Shown: one piece after another, positions 1 through 14,023 of the stretch
Position numbering within the stretch: position 1 is the first letter of the stretch
How the letters are laid out: every line of letters begins with the position of its first letter
Assembly (NCBI GenBank): GCA_951406725.2
Contig: OX597815.1
Span: 102,796,001 to 102,860,000, forward strand
DNA: 64,000 nucleotides
Source of the DNA: Octopus vulgaris
Lineage: Eukaryota
Direction of reading: 5' to 3'
Notes under the pieces: generated by a model
Told to the model about the DNA's origin: nothing
The model's database searches: none
What the model saw: only the letters and a program-made list of their open reading frames with translations
Made by a program: the position numbers and the translations under genes

Positions 1-739
1 TGGAGGGAAATTGTAGTTCATTGTATATATGAAAACATGCTGTTAATGAATGGGATGCTTTTAAGCATATGGCTCTCTCGTTCAGTGCGAAAAAGCAATA
101 ACGCTTAATATAATTCCGTTTGATAGTACGGCCGCCATCAGGTTGATGATAAAAAGTAAGGCTGCAATTAATGCTAGTGTCAGACTCAATAAGAACTTTT
201 GAAATGTTGCAAGGGGTGAACGATATACATGGAAAATTCAGAAGGAAGTAAAACTAGGAATAGTGGTTAGATCACACCTGCAGATGGGTACAATGGAAAT
301 AATTGAAAGTTGCAGTGACGAATATGTGGAGAGGAACAATGGCCTTGATTCTGGACGAACAAGCTCAGAAGAACTGAAATTTCAATTACTAACCACCAGC
401 ACACAAACAGTTAAGACGTAATCTCTACCAGCAAACATGATAACCTTTATATAATTAATCACGGTACAAGAAATAGCGAAAAAAAGATTCTCTCTAATCG
501 CAATAAAATACACGAAAGGTACATTCAAATAAATAGTTGGACACGCAATATATCTAAGAAGAAAAAAAAAACGGCTTCGTTCATACGTGGTCTGATCAAT
601 AAGTATCAAGACTGCGGCCATAGTAACGAAGCAAGAGCACAGAGAGTCCAACCGTTTAGCAAAAGATTGACCTTAGCCAACGCTGTGCTTGCACACTAAG
701 GTTTAACGTTCTAGCTCACTTCCCCTGCTTACCGCAGTG

Positions 740-990
740 CTTGGAAGTCGCATTGACAATGACAAAGTGAAGCAGAGACTCTGCATCAAATTTTGCCATC
801 AGACGCCAACGCAAAGTTTTCAAAAAGTTTTTCTCATTCTCTACACAATCAAGGAAATCTTGTGCAACTGACACCCGAGTGTCTATTTGATCAGCTGAAA
901 GCAGTATTAGCGCAAACTTGGCAGACACGCGTCTCGTACTCAAATCTTCAATGATAGTGGATTGAATTGAACCGTAACTAATCTGCATAT
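740..990. mobile_element. Mariner-derived fragment with an internal inversion
   Basis: The + strand at 761-805 reads DKVKQRLCIKFCHQT, like a mariner N-terminus (EQRxCIKFC). The - strand ORF 716-988 reads QISYGSIQSTIIEDLSTRRVSAKF...RVSVAQDFLDCVENEKNFLKTL, like the mariner second HTH and linker. Confidence 0.7.
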
Positions 991-1502
991 CCAGATGGTC
1001 TCTAACACATGCTAACTAACAGATGGTCTCATTTGTGCACAGAGGACATAAATTATTGTTAACACAAAATTTAAAATGAAAAATTCGACAAGATAGCGGC
1101 ATTATTAATGATCTCATTTTTTCTTTTTTTACGTTCCATCACTTATCTTACTTCTTAGACAATTGAAGTAAAATGGTCCATTGGATTCCATTTTGGTACA
1201 TGAATTTCTTTTTGTGGTGATTACAGAAATACATCTAAATATAATTCTTTACAATTGTTTTTTAATTTTTTTATCTACAATTTTAATTCTTATAAATCTC
1301 TATGTTTGAAACAGAAATATAGATACAATCCAGGCTGGCAGTGTTTTTTCCGCATTTGGCATCAGCTATCAAATACTATTGAAACCTGACTCCTAAGAAA
1401 ATAACAGGAAACGTTTTGCCGTATGCGAAATATAAGTAAGAGCGCTACATAATACATGCATACATACATACATACATACATACATACATACATACATACA
1501 TA

Positions 1503-1830
1503 CCAATTTTGAGAAATTAGGCTTCTCACAACAAATTTGAAGACTACAGATCCAGTCCATCACTGGAACTATAAAAATCTGTAAAACTTTACAGAAGTTT
1601 ATCATTTAAATATATACGAACATGTCTAGATTTGCAACTGTATGCATGAGAATACATACATAAAACATATGTATGTATTCACATACATACATGCATACAT
1701 ATATACATACATAAATACATACATACAAAAATGCCCTGTTGTTGATGTTGAAATTCCAACGAAAGAGCCTAGGTTAGAGCCAGGTACTTTCTCTATTGGC
1801 AAGGAACCTTGAAATAAACAGAATAATAAC
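1503..1830 (+). mobile_element. 5'-truncated R4/Dong-clade non-LTR 3' end in (TACA)n
   Basis: 1505-1607 reads NFEKLGFSQQI*RLQIQSITGTIKICKTLQKFII*, homologous to the C-terminus at 2630-2738. It is preceded by (TACA)n and ends in ACATACGTACAT. Its 3' UTR motif resembles 2765-2830. Confidence 0.7.
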
Positions 1831-1839
1831 ATACGTACA

Positions 1840-2845
1840 TATTAATTCAGTGCTGAAAAGTGAAGTGAGTAACATTGTACGAGTGGGCAGTGAACTCCTC
1901 AAGAAACACTTCCTGATGATCTCTACAGCCATAAAACAGCTGGGCTCTCTTACCCCAGAGAAAACCTGGATGGAAAGCACTCAGCATGCCAAAAAAAAAA
2001 AGACCATGCATGGGCCGGAAGCTTGTAGAAGATAGGAGAATTGACACGAAGCGCAGCCTCTATTGGACACATGACGACTATATCACATTACACTTTGAAG
2101 GCTATGCGTTTGCAATCCAGGAATAAGAGATTGCCACACAGTACCTGGTGAACAAGAGAGACAGTGACGCTCTTGCAGTCCCAAGGTGCAACTGCAGGTG
2201 TACGCTATGTCATCTTTCTGTGGAATACTTTACGCATGTGATTAGCAGATGTCCTAAAATCTCATCACTATGTTGTTGCTAAAACAATTTCCAATGCCAT
2301 CCGCAAAAAAATACTGTCCTGAAACAAACTTAGAAAATCCCTCTCTTATAAAATACATTCATAAACACCAACTCAAGGAATACTGGTGGAATATTCCCAT
2401 AAAAACACCTGTCAAATATAAGCATAACAGGCCGGATATTGTTGTTTGGGACAGAGGTGGGGCAAAGGTACGTACAATAGTAGAGATTAGCTGTCCTGCA
2501 GATACAAAAATCTCTTTGAAAATCAAAGGAAAAGAGGCTATCTATAGACAACTACTTCGAAACTTCCAGCTTCTCTATCCAGACTATGAATTCATATTCA
2601 TGCCAATATTAATTGGAGAATCTAGATAAAATTGGATTTTCAGAAAGAGAAATCGACCGGCTAATTGGTACATTACAAGTGCAATCTGTGAGTGGAACAG
2701 TAAAAATATGCAAGACTTTTCTCAAGTTCCATTTGTGAATTTGTCTGTGTTAACTACATCCCAAAGATGGAGCCTTGTATCTTTGTTGGAAACCGGCTCT
2801 TCCTCAGTGGAAGGTTTATAAAATTAAAAAATAGAAGAGACTACA
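1840..2845 (+). mobile_element. R4/Dong-clade non-LTR retrotransposon fragment (CCHC knuckle plus restriction-like endonuclease)
   Basis: Motifs across broken frames: KTMHG, FEGYAFAIQE*EIATQYL, CRCTLCHLSVEYFTHVISRC and YWWNIPIKTPVKYKHNRPDIVVWD...IVEISCP. The element ends in a (TACA)-like tract. Confidence 0.85.
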
Positions 2846-4299
2846 CACATACATAATGAATACATACATACACGCACACATATATATACATATTATGAAG
2901 ACTGCATCAATAATATAATATAATCATATAAACACTAAGAATACATTACAACATAAATTATAAATACTAAGAATACATTACAACATAAATTATAAATATT
3001 TATATAACATAAATATGATGTCAGAAAATATAAATAACATCAAAGAAATAACATAAATATAGGCATATTGCATGAACACAACAAATATATATTAATATAT
3101 GAATCACTACGATATGAGAACATCTATATGATATTAAAATAACAGCAACATATAGAAGGCAATATAACTAAAGATCATGCAACAATAATGCATGCAAGTT
3201 TAATGAATAAAGAAATACATTGTTAAAAGTAAATCGAGATAAATTGTAATACGGATGAGTTTAATACGAATTGCTTCTGGTCAAGATATCACTTCAGAAA
3301 GCACAGCGATGTTCTTCTTTATCAACTTTCAAGACTCACAGAAAAGAAGAGTGTTTTATTGTCTTTTTGATATTTTGAATTCTTTCAATTTCCTGTTCCA
3401 TCGGAAGAAGAATTTAGGATTAAATAACGTAAACGAAATCAATACGCATTATAATGGAAAGTGAACGATAGGAACACGATCTTATACACGTAATATATTT
3501 TATAAAATGTGTAATACGAATGTCATGCTTATAGACACATTTCAGTGGTGATTGAGGAAAAAGAAATCAATATATCTGTTAGGATTCAACGATCCAATGG
3601 TAGCTATCCATGTCTACATTCATATATTGACATTGGAGAGAAACAGAAACTACTGCCTCAAAAAGAGAATCAGCCTTCATCGCATAAGACTGGATCCATG
3701 CTTACTGGACTGGCAATAGATCGTTGATAAAATCAGAAAGTAACCTAATTAGATCAATGTGTAGTTTGGTATATTGGCCATAATTGATGCATGATTATTT
3801 TATCAATTCCGAAACATGCAGACCAAATTTGAATCCATTGTATTTCAGATGCATTTAATACCTCTGTCATTCAGTCCGGCTAGCCATCAATTGTACCAAT
3901 CCACAACCAGTTTTGGAAATATATAACAGTTACCTAGAAATGCTAGTATCTTCAAGGAATAATTTACAGGATATAATTAGTTCCCTTTATGGGTTACAAT
4001 GCATTCGGATCTCAATGTAAAAAGTGTGTTAAGTTTAAGACAGATAAGATGAATAAATACTATCAAATGGGCGTCATTGTCGTGAGTACACTGTATTTTA
4101 ATTATCTAGTTATTGGCGACAAGCGAGTGAAAATTTAACCCTCTCTAGAACAAGTATCTTAAACAGCATGCTTCTTTCAGTTTTATTTTTATTCTAACAA
4201 TTATTACTGAACATATAAAATATGTAGTCACATAAATCAATGTATGATTGCAGTGAAATGCACAAACTCATAGTCACCAGGAAAGAAACAAATATACGC

Positions 4300-6400
4300 G
4301 CATCCATAAATGATGCACAACTATTCAACCTCCTCACTCCATCCGTGTCAATCCACGTGCATCTAACGTAGAGGACTGCTTCACTGATCTGGGCTGACAA
4401 CCATCCCACTGGACGCCAGCTCCTGCGCTGTTCCAAATGGTCTATCATTTTCCAGGCATCTGCTAACATGTTGTGCACCCGTTTAAATTTTGCAGGCATC
4501 TCCGACCTTTGAACATGTCCCCGGCCGAACTCCGGCCTTTCGATGTCTCCGACGCCGCAAAGACATTATCATAAACCAGCCGACAAATGTGGAGCCATGG
4601 TGGAGTGGGACACAGACCTCTACAAGGATGAAGCTATCCGTTAACTTCAAGACACCTCCTTCTATTGCCCTCGGCCCTCCAACACCACGCCTAACTACCA
4701 ACAGACTGTGTCCTCCACTATCTATTACCTCATCTCCTCCTCCCGTCTCCCTCACACCACCTCCAATATACAGACACCCTCACCATTTCCTTCCTTCCCC
4801 AAAATCTCCAATCCCAACAACCCTAGACACCCATCGTCTCCACTTGTAGCTACCCCACAGAAATGTTCTCTAAGTACTTAGACCGTGTCCTTCGTCGTCT
4901 GGCCGAAATTGTTCCCTCACTCAACTGCTTATCATTCTCGGGGGAATTTTACCAACAATTTTCGGGAGTGGCCATGGGAACGAAAATGGACCCCAACTAT
5001 GCGAACCTTTACGTTGGCTACGCTGAAACCGAAATATTTTCAAGATTCACTGGTCCCACTCCCGAACTATACGGTCGTTATATTGATGAGTGTATCGGTG
5101 CGACCTCGCTCTCCCGCGAACAACTAGACTTCTTCCTCTCTTTTGTCCAATCCTTCCATCCTGCCCTCGAATACTCCTGCATTGTTTCCAACAATTCCGT
5201 CGCCTTTCTCAACATTTCGGTCACAACCTACGTGACGTCCTGGTCAACAGTTTCTTCCCTAACCCCACTTCCCAAACTGGCTCGTTCCCTTGCTCCCACC
5301 CACACTTCCGCACTTGCTCCAAACACCACCATCCTAACAGGCACCCGTCATAGTTCCAATCATATCACTGACTCTTTTACCTGTACTTCTAGCAACGTAA
5401 TTTAATGCGTCTCTTGCTCATTCTGCTTTTCTCTGTACATCAGCCGCTTGGCTGACCGGTTCGGGGAGCACCTCCGAGAAAGTAGACTTGGCAATGACAC
5501 ACCGGTCTCGTGTCATTTCTGCTTTACCGGTCATTCATTACAACACCTGTCTGTATTCAGACTGTCTTTGCACAGGAGCCATCCGGACTCCCGACTTCAC
5601 CATGAACAGGAATTAATCTTTCCTCTTCACTCCTTTGTCCTATGTGGGCTCAACTTCTCTTCCCCTTCATCTAACTCCCCCTTCTCCTTTCTCCATCTGA
5701 CATCTACTTCCACTCTTCACTCGTACCCATCTCTCCTCTCTTGCACTGACACCTAACTCCTCTCTTCACTCCTACCAACCTTCTCCCTTCGTTGATACCC
5801 CCTCCATCCACACTTCACCCTTACACATCCCACTTTCACATACCCTACCCCTACCCTCACATCTTCACCTCCATCCCCCACATCCTCACCCGAAACCCAC
5901 ACTCCACCCTAACATCCCCACACCAACACAAACCACAACACGCCACGCACTACCACACACCACGCACCACCACAATTCATTATACCACCACACACCACTC
6001 CACCCACACTAGCATTGACTACTTCCCAGCATCCACATCATGATCCATACACCCACACATTACAGACGCACACACACAGGCACTCATCAACATGTCGAAG
6101 TCCCTAGACCCTATATACACATACAAACTTACACACTCTCATACACATATGCACGTGTACCTTCGTTTTGAGATCACCAGTATTTTATCTCCTCTTCTTC
6201 CTAGCACTTCTGTCCAGCTACCTTTTTTCAACTTGTCGCCATGATTGACCGCTAAATCCACAAGTTCCTTTCTGTTGAAGAGCGTAAGCTCAACATGTAA
6301 AGGACTTTCTTACCGCCTCGAGCTTAAACTAAAACACCTGCTTCTCTTTTGTTTTTCTGTAAATTTCAATTATATATCTCGAACATATTTGTCCGAATAA
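4300..6400 (+). mobile_element. Penelope-like element, degenerate (RT, GIY-YIG endonuclease, pLTR)
   Basis: RT motifs FSGEFYQQFSGVAMGTKMDPNYANLYVG and YGRYIDE. GIY-YIG region HITDSFTCTSSNVI*CVSCSFCFSLYI..RLADRFGEHLR. The terminal segment at 6245-6390 recurs as solo copies and holds a decayed hammerhead-like TTGAAGAGCGTAAGCTC. Boundaries are approximate. Confidence 0.85.
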
Positions 6401-6474
6401 ATATGGGTTATACATATATACATACATACCTGCATATATACATACACATATACATAAACATACATACATACATA

Positions 6475-7315
6475 AGTATCCTAGAAGGATTTGCCATCGC
6501 GATCTCAGAACAGGAGATAGCTACTAAATACCAGATAAACAAGAGAGACAAATATACTCCATGATGCAATAAAAAAAATATCGGCTCTAGTAAAACAGTG
6601 TGGAAGATATCCTCACATCATCAGCAGGCGTCCCAAAATGTCTACTAGATACTACCTGCCACTGAGGCGTGATATATAATAGTTGCAAAGGCTATTTACA
6701 ATGCTATCTGAAGGAAGAACTACCTTGACATATACATGAGAGGTATGTCAGAACGAGCAGGCATTCACACCTTTTAAAATAGGATATTGATAGATCACTC
6801 CAAAAAAAACACTAATTCGGTGCAAGAAAAACATAGCTGATATTGATCTGTGGGACTGGGAACAAAAGTCATGCATTGTTATTAGATTTCAGCTGCCCAG
6901 TGGATGTGAATGTATAATCAAATGTCCAGAGAAAGAGAACATTTATGACGAATTAATGTACCCTGACTAAGAATTTTCGTTTGTACCATATCATCATAGG
7001 TGCATGATGCTATGTGCCGACAAATTTGCACAGATGCCTAGAAATACTCGTTTCTCGGAGAAAGAGCAAAAGAAACTAATGTGGATTCTCCAAATCCACA
7101 CTATTAGTGGCACAGTGAAGAATTGTAAGAGATTTTAAAAATTCCCCTTCTGAGATTCTTTTGTGAATAGATGTAAACACAAGGGCGTAAGCGTCGACAG
7201 GTCAACTAATACACCAACTCAACCACTTATTTACACACACTGGGAACTCTCTTTACTCAAAAAGTCTTGCCGCTTTCTTAGCGACCGGCTTGAAAACTTT
7301 CAAGAACTTAAAATA
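6475..7315 (+). mobile_element. R4/Dong-clade 3' fragment flanked by (TACA)n
   Basis: LEGFAIAISEQEIATKYQINKRD, HIISRRPKMSTRYYLPLRRD, ADIDLWD...FSCP and QIHTISGTVKNCKRF are all homologous to 2090-2738. TACA-type repeats lie on both sides. Confidence 0.8.
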
Positions 7316-7669
7316 TACATACATGCATAAATTATAGATATATACATACATTACACACACACACACACACAAACACACACACCCAGATGTGCGTTTGGAG
7401 GGATATATTATGCAGGCGGTTACCGTGATAGCTCTCAGTTAACTTCCAGTTTATGGCTAACCACATGAATCAGTATTTAACGGCTGTGACTACTATTAGT
7501 GTTTGCTTAGCTGGACGGAGAATTGCCTGGAGTATATTTTAGTAATAATTATACAGAGTATAGAGACTTGTTCATACTCAAAATGTATTTCCTCTAATTT
7601 TATAATTTTGAAGACCACAATGATATGCCGTATAAAATTGTAAAATAAGAGAAAATAATTTTGATGATT

Positions 7670-7806
7670 AACTCCATTCCGACGAAGAGCTATACGCAAG
7701 ACTCAATCTCTCTTCTTTCACCGAGCGTCAAGCTAATACTTTAATCATGCACGACTTCATGATGTCCGTTTTTATTTGTTTATTTGAAGTGTTTACTCAT
7801 TTCAAA

Positions 7807-7810
<4 letters not shown>
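7670..7810 (+). mobile_element. Solo Penelope pLTR-like fragment
   Basis: GAAGAGC...CCGAGCGTCAAGCTAATAC matches 18778-18848 and 6278-6340. It is followed by (TA)n. Confidence 0.5.
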
Positions 7811-7888
<78 letters not shown>

Positions 7889-8225
7889 CATACATATAAT
7901 AGTTTTCCCATGTGTGTGTGTGCATGGAAAATAGATATCAAGCAATCATGTTTGACTTTCTACAACTGTGTCAAAGATTCGGCGACTTGTTTATGTTAGG
8001 CATATTATGCAAAGTGGCTTACATAATGACGAAATATTTATGCACACCAAACATGCTAAAACATTGCCTCGCATGATGTATGATGCGTTAATAACTTCAA
8101 GCTGGAAAAGTTCAGTGTTTTTATGTACACTATGAGTGGCAAATGCAATGCAAACGCAGTAGGCCACATATTTATGAAAATAGACAGGCATTAGTTTATA
8201 AAAAGGAGAAAGATGGAGACAATTA

Positions 8226-10334
8226 CACTGGCCAACAAAATACTTTGTTTGTCTGGTGCCTGGAATATTTCAATGAATTCTTAAGTGATTTTGCCTGCTA
8301 AATTATAAAATAACTCCGGTTTTTCTCTATCAGGTCTAGTTTTCTGACTAGTCCTGATAGAGTCAATATTTTATTCATACAAGAGTCATATAATATGTTT
8401 CAATAGAGGGTGACAAAATAAAGCACAAATAAATATTCAGTATTGAAAATGCACATTGGTAAATATTTTTGGCAGAATATTCAAGGAATAAATTTACACT
8501 TCTTTGTACACTGTGGGTGTTGAGCAACAGAAGTATCTCGTTTTAAACACCAGCAATAGCTTGTCATCATCATAGCGTCCCAACGCCCTTGGTACCGAGT
8601 TTCCATCTCCTTGATGTCCTAAAGGAACTGTTTGCCTTGTTCATAGCTAACATGCATTTTGAAGCTCATATTCGCACCAATATCATGAAAAGTTGATATT
8701 AAGTTGGTAACAATGTTTTTATAGTTTTCACTTTTGTCTTTTCCAAGAAACTTTTGCACTACTTCTGCAAATGCTAACCAAGCTGATGCTTCATTTCCGC
8801 TCATCGTTTTCCCGAGCTTACGGGTCTGTGGTCCATAAAAAATCCCTGCTTTAAGTTTTTCAATCAAGTCTGGAAATACACTGCAGATATACTTAAAGCG
8901 CTCCCCATTTTTCTCAAGAGCTTTGACGAATTGCTTCATCAATCCGAGTTTGTTGTACAAAGGGGAGAAAAATGATCTTATCCCGCTCAACTATTTTCCA
9001 ATATATTGGCAGCTGTAGATGGAGCCATATTAGTTCGAGGCGACCAGTCTTTCTTAAAATAGTGGTTTACTCTGCTTCTACTGTTCCACATACAACGAAA
9101 GCATGGGTATTTGGTATAACCAGATAGGTGTCCGATGAGAAAATTTCCCATCTTTAAGTCAACGGAGGTGACCCATTTATGATCATGATACAGTATCTTC
9201 TCTAAAACCAATTTAATTTCTTCATATTTTTCTTTCAGAGTTGTTAAGTAGGCAAATGAGAAAGAACCATACATATTTCCGTTGTGCAACAATGCACATT
9301 TTAAACTACGCTTAGAACTATCTATGAAAGGACGTCATCCCTATGGTTTGTATTCCTCAATCTCAAGTTTATTAAGAACTCACTGACATCTCTGCAGTAA
9401 ACCAGGTTTTTCTCTTTTGTGAAGAAAGAAAGGAACTCTTCAAGCCGACTCCAATAAAAGGTTATACAGACACCATTCTCTAGAAGATTGTTCTCGGGAA
9501 ACCAACAGTTTAGCAAAATTTTGGGGGGAATTCAAGTCACTAAGTAGATCATTCAGCTCTACGTGAGAGAATAACTGAGGTAAATTCTGAACTGAAAAGT
9601 CTTGATTTTTAGTGTTAACTTCAGGTGATGAATCTTCTTTGGTTGAGGATAAAGTTATTTGAGGCAAGACATTGAAGACAAGAACATAAAACACTTCACT
9701 GTGTGGAACCAGCTTAATAGCAGAGGTAAGATTAGGATAGACAACCGTTTCTTGATTTTTCCGGTTAATGGCCTTCAAATTTAGGTTACAAAAATAGCAG
9801 TCGTCCACGTAATTATAGAGCTCCCGCAAAACCATTGGTATAGCAATCCTCATACTTTTTCTTGTCCCTTTAGTCTATTGTCGCAAATGTTCTGTACATT
9901 GTTTGCAGACGCTATGCGGTGCCCAATATTTATCTTGGTCTCCCAGCTTAACCCCAAAATATGCCATATACGCTCTTTCACAACATCAGTGATGTTTTTT
10001 TCCGATTTTCAGCTAATGTGTATTCTCCACATAACAAAACACATTTGGTGAATTAACGCAACACTTACTTGAAGAGGACATCTTGCTCATTTTCTATTGC
10101 TTAGTTATCCACAACATCTAAATAGTATCGAAAAGGAAAAAAACGTAGAATTAGAATAGGGTAACGAACACTGCGTACTGGACGTACACACGTACATAGT
10201 GATTATAGGGATGTTCAATAACTTAGAATGTAGATCTGACAGATCAAAAAGAATGTTATATTTGGGTTCAGGAGACAGATTTTGTATAGGAACGATGTCT
10301 ATTTCGTAAACATCAAAAACTTTGTAGACCAGAG
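8226..10334 (-). mobile_element. Full-length decayed Chapaev3 (CMC superfamily) DNA transposon
   Basis: Termini are CACTGGCCAACAAA (8226) and TTTGTAGACCAGAG (10334, an imperfect TIR). A TTA duplication lies at 8223-8225 and 10335-10337. The transposase is internal. Confidence 0.8.
8481..10090 (-). pseudogene. Chapaev3-type transposase pseudogene
   Basis: Collinear motifs across frameshifts: MSKMSSSSKCCVNSPNVFCY, AYMAYFGVKLGDQDKYWAPHSVCKQC, PMVLRELYNYVDDCYFC, LHNGNMYGS, VDLKMGNFLIGHLSGYTKYPCFRCMWNSR, PLYNKLGLMKQFVKAL and RYQGRWDAMMMTSYCWCLKRD. Confidence 0.85.
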
Positions 10335-10949
10335 TTATCAAAGATGAATACAGAGAAGAGGCAGAAATGTGAGGCCATGAGCAAAGATATGTCAATAAAA
10401 AAGTGAGGAAAGGGTTAAGGAGAAAACGTTATAGGAAGAAAAAGAGAAAGAAAAAAGGAGATTCAGTTATGGAGTTACACGGCAAAGGTAGAACAATGAC
10501 AAAAGAAACATTTAAATACACACACACACACACATACGCAAATATATATCTTTATATGTATATCACCGTATCACTTTATCGATCAGCGTATCGAATATTG
10601 TCATACACTGCTAGTTACACTGTACTTCGTTACATTGTTCTTTGTTGTAGCTTTTGAATGATGCACCACGCCCGACTGCTGGTTATTTTGGTCTCATTCC
10701 TGTGTACAGTGAAATTTGTCATGTGAGATCTTATAATAATTTTCATAATTTCGACATCTCATTTTAGAAAGTATTCATTGCCATTCGCAACTTCATTGCT
10801 CCCAACATCTCAGGAACTATCTCCACAGTATAATGATTGCTTAAGCGTTCACAAAAACATATGTGAATACAAAAATAAGTAATTGCAGATACTTGAATTA
10901 CTAAGAATACCTATTTATACTCTACGTATCTATACTATGAAACCCGCTT

Positions 10950-11660
10950 GAAAGGAGTATGTAAGGATTTTAAAGGGTATTCTGAAACATTTTGTCAGAA
11001 ATACGCTTGTTAAAGCTTTTAACGACACAAAAAAGAGATTACAGAAATGAAATATGAAGAAGGATTACGGCACTTCCCGTGAGTAACACATAACAAAATC
11101 TACAGAATTGAATTTCGATGTTAAAAGGCCTATAAATGTACAAGTGACTCACATAAAGTGTATGGGACATAATCAAAGTTTCCTCTTAAATTAACAATAT
11201 TATTTAGATGTAGGTATTTTCTAAATAACAGATCAACCATCGGCAAATGTCGACAACAAAACATAGTTGCCTCCATCAATTCGTTGATTCCTCAACTAGA
11301 GATGTTACGAAAACTGAAAAATTATCGAGCACATGAAATTAAACACAGAGGTACAAATGACAAAGAATGTTCACCTCTGGAGACTGTGATCTAGTATGCC
11401 CAAATATGATATTAGCCATGTTCTTTAACAGACATTAATAAAGTGAAGAAATTATACGTTCACTGTGCATCTGTGATCAAGTCTTAGATAAGAAACATTG
11501 TTTGACTGTGAACGAATTAAGAGAAAACTTAAGATAACTCAAGAACTTACATTAAAATAAGAACTACATAAAATAATTGTGCCTGTTTTAGAGATAAAGT
11601 CAGAAACCTAGACAAATTTATTCACCTTGAAGCGTTTAAGACGTAAGGGTGATGTTAGCA
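10950..11660 (+). mobile_element. Very decayed LINE reverse transcriptase remnant
   Basis: Weak, correctly ordered echoes of DxKKAYD (~11115), CSPL (~11367), YADD-like (~11395) and DKFIHL (~11610). There are many stops. Confidence 0.35.
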
Positions 11661-12254
11661 AAAGGTAGAAGGAAACAAAAAGATATATAAAAACAAGGAA
11701 AGTGATACAAAATCTGCATAAAAAAAAGAGTAAATATGAAAAAGTAAAATATTAATACATGATAAGCAACAAAACAAATGTCACACCTATTCCCTGAATA
11801 TCATAAATATCACGAAAAGTGAAAGCCTGTATCTCAATGTTTTACCTTGTTATATCTCGAAGATTTGTTTATATACTGTAGTTTGAAGAAATAAAACTAC
11901 CTCTCTGTCTTTGTGATAATAATGTTTTCTTACTACTACCTTTAAACGAAGCATCAATAAAATTAGCAAAATAAAGCAGTATACTTTTGCCTCTGTTGGT
12001 CAAAATGGGATAGTATAATGCATACATATACATCTTTTATATGTAGAGGAAGCCATATTTGTGAGACATTAGTGTATGTCGTTAGGTTCACTTCAAATAC
12101 ACTTCAAGTATTTTCTTTATCTATAATGAATGTACTTTTAACTTTATCCATTTCAGTAGCTAAAACTGTCAGTAAAATTATCAAATACTATAGACATTGT
12201 AGTTTTGACTTACCTGAAGTAGTGGCTCTCAATCTTTTTCTTCGGCTCACATGA

Positions 12255-12345
12255 CTTTGGTTATCCCGTGGCTATAGTAGAAGGTGGCGTGCAGTGGACT
12301 TGCACCTGAAATATGTGGTTGGGAAGTAAACTTCTTACCACCGAG
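12255..12345 (-). mobile_element. SINE family 1 head fragment
   Basis: The reverse complement resembles 49865-49975 (tRNA-like head, CTTCTACTATAGCC). Confidence 0.6.
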
Positions 12346-12668
12346 CGGTAGTGTGGGAGATATTACAGAGACAAAGACACACACAAACATACACGTATAT
12401 AGAAATATATATTTAAAACAAAACTAAACATGAGTGTTTTCCTCGTATACGGTCTCTCATGATTTGCTTTATTTTCGACATACACTTTGTTTTATATTCA
12501 AGCATGGATTACATTATAAGAGACAAAATTACGATACAGGAACGGAAATACACGTAGAATTCCAAATACTGGTTGTTTGTCACGCAATTTAAGGCCTAAA
12601 TTGAACTGGATGAATATAAATGTACATTTACAGAAAAAACACCAGCCACCACCACCCTATATGTGTGT

Positions 12669-12704
<36 letters not shown>

Positions 12705-12706
<2 letters not shown>

Positions 12707-13075
12707 GCTTCATTTCCACACACGCCAACTTAATTTCGTCCTTAGTTGAAACACACCTGTTATGTCCTGCTATTATTTTTATTGTATTTGCGTAATATTG
12801 TCCGTTTTTTCTGTCCTTGTTTTTGTATACATTCGCTGCTTTCTTCCAAGGAATCTAATGCTGTTAGCTTAGTTTTTTCTTGGGGCTGGCCAGATTACAG
12901 CAATCTCGAGTATAACCAGCCGAAATTGCGAAGATAATCTGGAACTCCAATGAGGGAAGATAACTCCGAATGATCCGATCTTGTTTACTTTGTATCGTCT
13001 ATTTGGATGTTTTGTTGTCCCTTTTTTGTATCACCTGCCAGAATGTTTTGCGTTCTTATCCCATTTTCTATTTTA
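12705..13075 (+). mobile_element. (TA)n-embedded repeat homologous to the arms of the 23491-24027 fold-back
   Basis: Shares GTCCGTTTTTTCTGTCCTTG...TTCCAAG...CTTGGGGCTGGCCAGA...GCCGAAATTG...GAATGTTTTGC...CCCATTTT with 23790-24001. Confidence 0.75.
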
Positions 13076-13616
13076 TATATAAATTGATAAAAATGGTTAG
13101 ACTACAAAATAATGAAAAATACCTCGATATTAGAAGGTGTAGGAAGTTTGGACGGCATCTTAGAGCTTTAATAACACGCTCCGAAAAACACAGCACTCAA
13201 CAAAATACTGGAGATAGCTACTGGACGCAGGTTTTCCAAAAGAAAACCTACAAAAAGACTTCATTGCATCTAATATGCGCATATCTCTAATGGAAAATTG
13301 AGCAAAGATTAAAAATAATCGTGGTTTAGAAAAATTTAGTTTGTATTACCACTGGATATAGTAATCTATACTATAATAATAAGAGAGGGAGAGATAGAGA
13401 GAGCGGGGTGTGAGGGAGGAGACCAACAAGTAACCTAATTTCAATTAAGTTATATTGGCTCACTACCTTAAGAATTTTCCTGTTGATATAAATATTGTGT
13501 ATGATCAAATATAGCGATTAATTTTTTTTAAATGCGTGTATATGTGCAATATAGATTGATGTCGCTAAATTAATTTGCAAGCTTTAACGGAAAGCAGGAA
13601 TAAGGGATACAAGATA

Positions 13617-13881
13617 CAGTGTACTTGTATGAATAAAAAATCAAGGGACGTGAAGCGCGGCTATTCTAGTCAGAGCGACCTTCAGCTGCGTAGAGGCGTT
13701 CAGTAAACCGGCAAACACGGTATATTATTATTATTAATAATAATTTAGCCTTAAAAAGTTTGAAAAAGTATATATCGCCACGAAAAAAGCCATGAAAAAT
13801 CGCGGAGGATATTTACGATTCCGCGAATATGCGGTTGTTTCCGCGAACAATTATGAACCGCGAATAAGCGGGGGTACACTG
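13617..13881. mobile_element. Possible Tigger/pogo-like MITE remnant
   Basis: The right end CCGCGAATAAGCGGGGGTACACTG is TIR-like. TA-CAGTGTAC at 13615-13624 matches it over only 8 bp. The segment is CpG-rich with repeated CCGCG. Confidence 0.4.
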
Positions 13882-13931
<50 letters not shown>

Positions 13932-14023
13932 CGAATAAGTGTAGAAATCGATATTAATCAATTAAAACCAGTGGCCTAGCATATTAAAAAAATCCGAAGA
14001 GTAAAATATTTTTTACATACAAT

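Noticed and set aside
2931-2996. 32-bp tandem duplication (also 18-bp at 22059-22098)
   Set aside because: Ordinary slippage duplications with no spacers. Not CRISPR-like.
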